Shown here in pieces: positions 56,201 to 64,000 of a stretch of 64,000 bases of DNA. This stretch comes from Auanema rhodensis (Eukaryota > Animalia > Nematoda), in assembly GCA_964057225.1 (NCBI GenBank), contig OZ059894.1, positions 3,782,001-3,846,000 on the forward strand. Direction: 5' to 3'. A model generated the notes under the pieces. The model was not told the DNA's origin. It searched no databases and worked only from the letters and a program-made list of their open reading frames with translations. Numbering within the stretch: position 1 is the stretch's first letter; the number at the start of each line of letters is the position of its first letter. The translations under genes and the position numbers were made by a program.

Positions 56201-59200
56201 AGATTTGCGCTAGCTTAAAAATGCACCGAGATATCAACTGATATATGTTCACACTTATATCCTCGATTTTCACCCTGAAGAATTAATTTTTTCGTTGAAT
56301 AACAATGTCCATCGTCTTTGCCTTAAAAAAAGGAATCTAAAAACATCTACTTTTTGCTAAATTATTTTGAAATTTTTCGAAAAAATTTTTGTCAAAATGT
56401 TTTTGGAAGCAATGTTGAGTGTACATGGAAACTCAACATACACTAATTCATCATTTTTCAAACGATCATAACTAATTTTTGTATTAAGCGTTTCTCAATG
56501 TAGTATAGTGCATTCGATGCGGATTTTTAAGCTGCATCGATCTGTGTTATCAGATTTGCGCTAGCTTAAAAATGCACCGAGATATCAACTGATATAAGTT
56601 CACACTTATATCCTCGATTTTCACCCTGAAGAATTAATTTTTTCGTTGAATAACATCGTCCATCGTCTTTGCCTTGAAAAAAGGAATCTAAAAACATCTA
56701 CTTTTTGCTAAATTATTTTGAAATTTTTCGAAAAAATTTTTGTCAAAATGTTTTTGGAAGCAATGTTGATTGTACATGGAAACTCAACATACACTAATGC
56801 ATCATTTTTCAAACGATCATAACTAATTTTTGTATTGAGCGTTTCTCAATGTAGAATAGTGCATTCGATGCGGATTTTTAATCTGCGTCGGTCTGTGTTA
56901 TCAGATTTGCGCTAGCTTAAAAATGCACCGAGATATCAACTGATATATGTTCACACTTATATCCTCGATTTTCACCCTGAAGAATTAATTTTTTCGTTGA
57001 ATAACAATGTCCATCGTCTTTGCCTTGAAAAAAGGAATCTAAAAACATCTACTTTTTGCTAAATTATTTTGAAATTTTTCGAAAAAATTTTTGTCAAAAT
57101 GTTTTTGGAAGCAATGTTGAGTGTACATGGAAACTCAACATACACTAATGCATCATTTTTCAAACGATCATAACTAATTTTTGTATTAAGCGTTTCTCAA
57201 TGTAGTATAGTGCATTCGATGCGGATTTTTAAGCTGCATCGATCTGTGTTATCAGATTTGCGCTAGCTTAAAAATGCACCGAGATATCAACTGATATAAG
57301 TTCACACTTATATCCTCGATTTTCACCCTGAAGAATTAATTTTTTCGTTCAATAACATCGTCCATCGTCTTTGCCTTGAAAAAAGGAATCTAAAAACATC
57401 TACTTTTTGCTAAATTATTTTGAAATTTTTCGAAAAAATTTTTGTCAAAATGTTTTTGGAAGCAATGTTGAGTGTACATGGAAACTCAACATACACTAAT
57501 GCATCATTTTTCAAACGATCATAACTAATTTTTGTATTAAGCGTTTCTCAATGTAGTATAGTTCATTCGATGCGGATTTTTAAGCTGCGTCGATCTGTGT
57601 TATCAGATTTGCGCTAGCTTAAAAATGCACCGAGATATCAACTGATATAAGTTCACACTTATATCCTCGATTTTCACCCTGAAGAATTAATTTTTTCGTT
57701 GAATAACAATGTCCATCGTCTTTGCCTTGAAAAAAAAATTTAAAAACATCTACTTTTTGCTAAATTATTTTGAAATTTTTCGAAAAAATTTTTGTCAAAA
57801 TGTTTTTGGAAGCAATGTTGAGTGTACATGGAAACTCAACATACACTAATTCATCATTTTTCAAACGATCATAACTAATTTTTGTATTAAGCGTTTCTCA
57901 ATGTAGTATAGTGCATTCGATGCGGATTTTTAATCTGCGTCGGTCTGTGTTATCAGATTTGCGCTAGCTTAAAAATGCACCGAGATATCAACTGATATAT
58001 GTTCACACTTATATCCTCGATTTTCACCCTGAAGAATTAATTTTTTCGTTGAATAACAATGTCCATCGTCTTTGCCTTGAAAAAAGGAATCTAAAAACAT
58101 CTACTTTTTGCTAAATTATTTTGAAATTTTTCGAAAAAATTTTTGTCAAAATGTTTTTGGAAGCAATGTTGAGTGTACATGGAAACTCAACATACACTAA
58201 TTCATCATTTTTCAAACGATCATAACTAATTTTTGTATTAAGCGTTTCTCAATGTAGTATAGTGCATTCGATGCGGATTTTTAAGCTGCATCGATCTGTG
58301 TTATCAGATTTGCGCTAGCTTAAAAATGCACCGAGATATCAACTGATATAAGTTCACACTTATATCCTCGATTTTCACCCTGAAGAATTAATTTTTTCGT
58401 TGAATAACATCGTCCATCGTCTTTGCCTTGAAAAAAGGAATCTAAAAACATCTACTTTTTGCTAAATTATTTTGAAATTTTTCGAAAAAATTTTTGTCAA
58501 AATGTTTTTGGAAGCAATGTTGATTGTACATGGAAACTCAACATACACTAATGCATCATTTTTCAAACGATCATAACTAATTTTTGTATTGAGCGTTTCT
58601 CAATGTAGAATAGTGCATTCGATGCGGATTTTTACTCTGCGTCGGTCTGTGTTATCAGATTTGCGCTAGCTTAAAAATGCACCGAGATATCAACTGATAT
58701 ATGTTCACACTTATATCCTCGATTTTCACCCTGAAGAATTAATTTTTTCGTTGAATAACAATGTCCATCGTCTTTGCCTTGAAAAAAGGAATCTAAAAAC
58801 ATCTACTTTTTGCTAAATTATTTTGAAATTTTTCGAAAAAATTTTTGTCAAAATGTTTTTGGAAGCAATGTTGAGTGTACATGGAAACTCAACATACACT
58901 AATGCATCATTTTTCAAACGATCATAACTAATTTTTGTATTAAGCGTTTCTCAATGTAGTATAGTGCATTCGATGCGGATTTTTAAGCTGCATCGATCTG
59001 TGTTATCAGATTTGCGCTAGCTTAAAAATGCACCGAGATATCAACTGATATAAGTTCACACTTATATCCTCGATTTTCACCCTGAAGAATTAATTTTTTC
59101 GTTGAATAACATCGTCCATCGTCTTTGCCTTGAAAAAAGGAATCTAAAAACATCTACTTTTTGCTAAATTATTTTGAAATTTTTCGAAAAAATTTTTGTC

Positions 59201-62200
59201 AAAATGTTTTTGGAAGCAATGTTGATTGTACATGGAAACTCAACATACACTAATGCATCATTTTTCAAACGATCATAACTAATTTTTGTATTCAGCGTTT
59301 CTCAATGTAGAATAGTGCATTCGATGCGGATTTTTAATCTGCGTCGGTCTGTGTTATCAGATTTGCGCTAGCTTAAAAATGCACCGAGATATCAACTGAT
59401 ATATGTTCACACTTATATCCTCGATTTTCACCCTGAAGAATTAATTTTTTCGTTGAATAACAATGTCCATCGTCTTTGCCTTGAAAAAAGGAATCTAAAA
59501 ACATCTACTTTTTGCTAAATTATTTTGAAATTTTTCGAAAAAATTTTTGTCAAAATGTTTTTGGAAGCAATGTTGAGTGTACATGGAAACTCAACATACA
59601 CTAATGCATCATTTTTCAAACGATCATAACTAATTTTTGTATTAAGCGTTTCTCAATGTAGTATAGTGCATTCGATGCGGATTTTTAAGCTGCGTCGATC
59701 TGTTTTATCAGATTTGCGCAAGCTTAAAAATGCACCGAGATATCAACTGATATAAGTTCACACTTATATCCTCGATTTTCACCCTGAAGAATTAATTTTT
59801 TCGTTGAATAACAATGTCCATCGTCTTTGCCTTAAAAAAAGGTATCTAAAAACATCTACTTTTTGCTAAATTATTTTGAAATTTTTCGAAAAAATTTTTG
59901 TCAAAATGTTTTTGGAAGCAATGTTGAGTGTACATGGAAACTCAACATACACTAATGCATCATTTTTCAAACGATCATAACTAATTTTTGTATTAAGCGT
60001 TTCTCAATGTAGTATAGTGCATTCGATGCGGATTTTTAAGCTGCGTCGATCTGTTTTATCAGATTTGCGCTAGCTTAAAAATGCACCGAGATATCAACTG
60101 ATATAAGTTCACACTTATATCCTCGATTTTCACCCTGAAGAATTAATTTTTTCGTTGAATAACAATGTCCATCGTCTTCGCCTTAAAAAAAGGTATCTAA
60201 AAACATCTACTTTTTGCTAAATTATTTTGAAATTTTTCGAAAAAATTTTTGTCAAAATGTTTTTGGAAGCAATGTTGAGTGTACATGGAAACTCAACATA
60301 CACTAATGCATCATTTTTCAAACGATCATAACTAATTTTTGTATTAAGCGTTTCTCAATGTAGTATAGTGCATTCGATGCGGATTTTTAAGCTGCGTCGA
60401 TCTGTTTTATCAGATTTGCGCTAGCTTAAAAATGCACCGAGATATCAACTGATATAAGTTCACACTTATATCCTCGATTTTCACCCTGAAGAATTAATTT
60501 TTTCGTTGAATAACAATGTCCATCGTCTTCGCCTTAAAAAAAGATATCTAAAAACATCTACTTTTTGCTAAATTATTTTGAAATTTTTCGAAAAAATTTT
60601 TGTCAAAATGTTTTTGGAAGCAATGTTGAGTGTACATGGAAACTCAACATACACTAATGCATCATTTTTCAAACGATCATAACTAATTTTTGTATTAAGC
60701 GTTTCTCAATGTAGTATAGTGCATTCGATGCGGATTTTTAAGCTGCGTCGATCTGTTTTATCAGATTTGCGCTAGCTTAAAAATGCACCGAGATATCAAC
60801 TGATATAAGTTCACACTTATATCCTCGATTTTCACCCTGAAGAATTAATTTTTTCGTTGAATAACAATGTCCATCGTCTTCGCCTTAAAAAAAGGTATCT
60901 AAAAACATCTACTTTTTGCTAAATTATTTTGAAATTTTTCGAAAAAATTTTTGTCAAAATGTTTTTGGAAGCAATGTTGAGTGTACATGGAAACTCAACA
61001 TACACTAATGCATCATTTTTCAAACGATCATAACTAATTTTTGTATTAAGCGTTTCTCAATGTAGTATAGTGCATTCGATGCGGATTTTTAAGCTGCGTC
61101 GATCTGTTTTATCAGATTTGCGCAAGCTTAAAAATGCACCGAGATATCAACTGATATAAATTCACACTTATATCCTCGATTTTCACCCTGAAGAATTAAT
61201 TTTTTCGTTGAATAACAATGTCCATCGTCTTCGCCTTAAAAAAAGGTATCTAAAAACATCTACTTTTTGCTAAATTATTTTGAAATTTTTCGAAAAAATT
61301 TTTGTCAAAATGTTTTTGGAAGCAATGTTGAGTGTACATGGAAACTCAACATACACTAATTCATCATTTTTCAAACGATCATAACTAATTTTTGTATTGA
61401 GCGTTTCTCAATGTAGTATAGTGCATTCGATGCGGATTTTTAAGCTGCATCGATCTGTGTTATCAGATTTGCGCTAGCTTAAAAATGCACCGAGATATCA
61501 ACTGATATAAGTTCACACTTATATCCTCGATTTTCACCCTGAAGAATTAATTTTTTCGTTGAATAACAATGTCCATCGTCTTTGCCTCAAAAAAAGGTAT
61601 CTAAAAACATCTACTTTTTGCTAAATTATTTTGAAATTTTTCGAAAAAATTTTTGTCAAAATGTTTTTGGAAGCAATGTTGAGTGTACATGGAAACTCAA
61701 CATACACTAATGCATCATTTTTCAAACGATCATAACTAATTTTTGTATTAAGCGTTTCTCAATGTAGTATAGTGCATTCGATGCGGATTTTTAAGCTGCG
61801 TCGATCTGTTTTATCAGATTTGCGCTAGCTTAAAAATGCACCGAGATATCAACTGATATAAGTTCACACTTATATCCTCGATTTTCACCCTGAAGAATTA
61901 ATTTTTTCGTTGAATAACAATGTCCATCGTCTTCGCCTTAAAAAAAGGTATCTAAAAACATCTACTTTTTGCTAAATTATTTTGAAATTTTTCGAAAAAA
62001 TTTTTGTCAAAATGTTTTTGGAAGCAATGTTGAGTGTACATGGAAACTCAACATACACTAATGCATCATTTTTCAAACGATCATAACTAATTTTTGTATT
62101 AAGCGTTTCTCAATGTAGTATAGTGCATTCGATGCGGATTTTTAAGCTGCGTCGATCTGTTTTATCAGATTTGCGCAAGCTTAAAAATGCACCGAGATAT

Positions 62201-64000
62201 CAACTGATATAAGTTCACACTTATATCCTCGATTTTCACCCTGAAGAATTAATTTTTTCGTTGAATAACAATGTCCATCGTCTTCGCCTTAAAAAAAGGT
62301 ATCTAAAAACATCTACTTTTTGCTAAATTATTTTGAAATTTTTCGAAAAAATTTTTGTCAAAATGTTTTTGGAAGCAATGTTGAGTGTACATGGAAACTC
62401 AACATACACTAATGCATCATTTTTCAAACGATCATAACTAATTTTTGTATTAAGCGTTTCTCAATGTAGTATAGTGCATTCGATGCGGATTTTTAAGCTG
62501 CGTCGATCTGTTTTATCAGATTTGCGCTAGCTTAAAAATGCACCGAGATATCAACTGATATAAGTTCACAGTTATATCCTCGATTTTCACCCTGAAGAAT
62601 TAATTTTTTCGTTGAATAACAATGTCCATCGTCTTCGCCTTAAAAAAAGGTATCTAAAAACATCTACTTTTTGCTAAATTATTTTGAAATTTTTCGAAAA
62701 AATTTTTGTCAAAATGTTTTTGGAAGCAATGTTGAGTGTACATGGAAACTCAACATACACTAATGCATCATTTTTCAAACGATCATAACTAATTTTTGTA
62801 TTAAGCGTTTCTCAATGTAGTATAGTGCATTCGATGCGGATTTTTAAGCTGCGTCGATCTGTTTTATCAGATTTGCGCTAGCTTAAAAATGCACCGAGAT
62901 ATCAACTGATATAAGTTCACACTTATATCCTCGATTTTCACCCTGAAGAATTAATTTTTTCGTTGAATAACAATGTCCATCGTCTTCGCCTTAAAAAAAG
63001 GTATCTAAAAACATCTACTTTTTGCTAAATTATTTTGAAATTTTTCGAAAAAACTTTTGTCAAAATGTTTTTGGAAGCAATGTTGAGTGTACATGGAAAC
63101 TCAACATACACTAATGCATCATTTTTCAAACGATCATAACTAATTTTTGTATTAAGCGTTTCTCAATGTAGTATAGTGCATTCGATGCGGATTTTTAAGC
63201 TGCGTCGATCTGTTTTATCAGATTTGCGCTAGCTTAAAAATGCACCGAGATATCAACTGATATAAGTTCACACTTATATCCTCGATTTTCACCCTGAAGA
63301 ATTAATTTTTTCGTTGAATAACAATGTCCATCGTCTTCGCCTTAAAAAAAGGTATCTAAAAACATCTACTTTTTGCTAAATTATTTTGAAATTTTTCGAA
63401 AAAATTTTTGTCAAAATGTTTTTGGAAGCAATGTTGAGTGTACATGGAAACTCAACATACACTAATGCATCATTTTTCAAACGATCATAACTAATTTTTG
63501 TATTAAGCGTTTCTCAATGTAGTATAGTGCATTCGATGCGGATTTTTAAGCTGCGTCGATCTGTTTTATCAGATTTGCGCTAGCTTAAAAATGCACCGAG
63601 ATATCAACTGATATAAGTTCACACTTATATCCTCGATTTTCACCCTGAAGAATTAATTTTTTCGTTGAATAACAATGTCCATCGTCTTCGCCTTAAAAAA
63701 AGGTATCTAAAAACATCTACTTTTTGCTAAATTATTTTGAAATTTTTCGAAAAAATTTTTGTCAAAATGTTTTTGGAAGCAATGTTGAGTGTACATGGAA
63801 ACTCAACATACACTAATGCATCATTTTTCAAACGATCATAACTAATTTTTGTATTAAGCGTTTCTCAATGTAGTATAGTGCATTCGATGCGGATTTTTAA
63901 GCTGCGTCGATCTGTTTTATCAGATTTGCGCTAGCTTAAAAATGCACCGAGATATCAACTGATATAAGTTCACACTTATATCCTCGATTTTCACCCTGAA

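Larger units (their letters stand above)
1..64000. repeat. Tandem satellite DNA array, 351-bp monomer, about 182.3 copies, head-to-tail; continues past both window edges
   Basis: The motif attcgatgcggatttttaagctg recurs at 1, 352, 703 and so on. It is in exact register at 7021, 14041, 21061, 28081 and 35101 (multiples of 20x351), again at 56161, and off by 1 at 60021 and 63531. I saw no non-monomer sequence or orientation switch. Confidence 0.99.

Noticed and set aside
1-64000. Giant repetitive ORF, since 351 is divisible by 3
   Set aside because: Every frame on both strands has stops within each monomer (plus strand e.g. taa 17-19, tag 51-53, tga 79-81; minus strand e.g. tta 16-18, tta 36-38, cta 50-52).
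1-64000. CRISPR array or other repeat-spacer/cassette system
   Set aside because: There are no unique spacers or cassettes. The sequence between the palindromes is as conserved as the palindromes, and no cas, integrase or recombinase gene is present.

Overview
The whole 64-kb window is one uninterrupted head-to-tail tandem array of an AT-rich (~31-32% GC) 351-bp monomer: 182 complete copies plus a partial one, all in the same orientation and differing mostly by a few substitutions each. This looks like eukaryotic satellite DNA (centromeric or heterochromatic type). I do not recognise the family. I found no genes, RNA genes, CRISPR spacers, transposon insertions or unique sequence, and no protein-coding system. 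The interest is structural. (i) The monomer contains four separate inverted repeats and a run of A/T tracts. (ii) Rare variants reveal nested tandem block duplications of 2, 3, 4, 11, 14 and about 16 monomers rather than one fixed higher-order repeat. (iii) The array switches between two monomer subtypes at about 31.6 kb, and a block of the first subtype reappears 85 monomers away. (iv) Monomer length is almost invariant. All variant calls were made by eye and need alignment to confirm.
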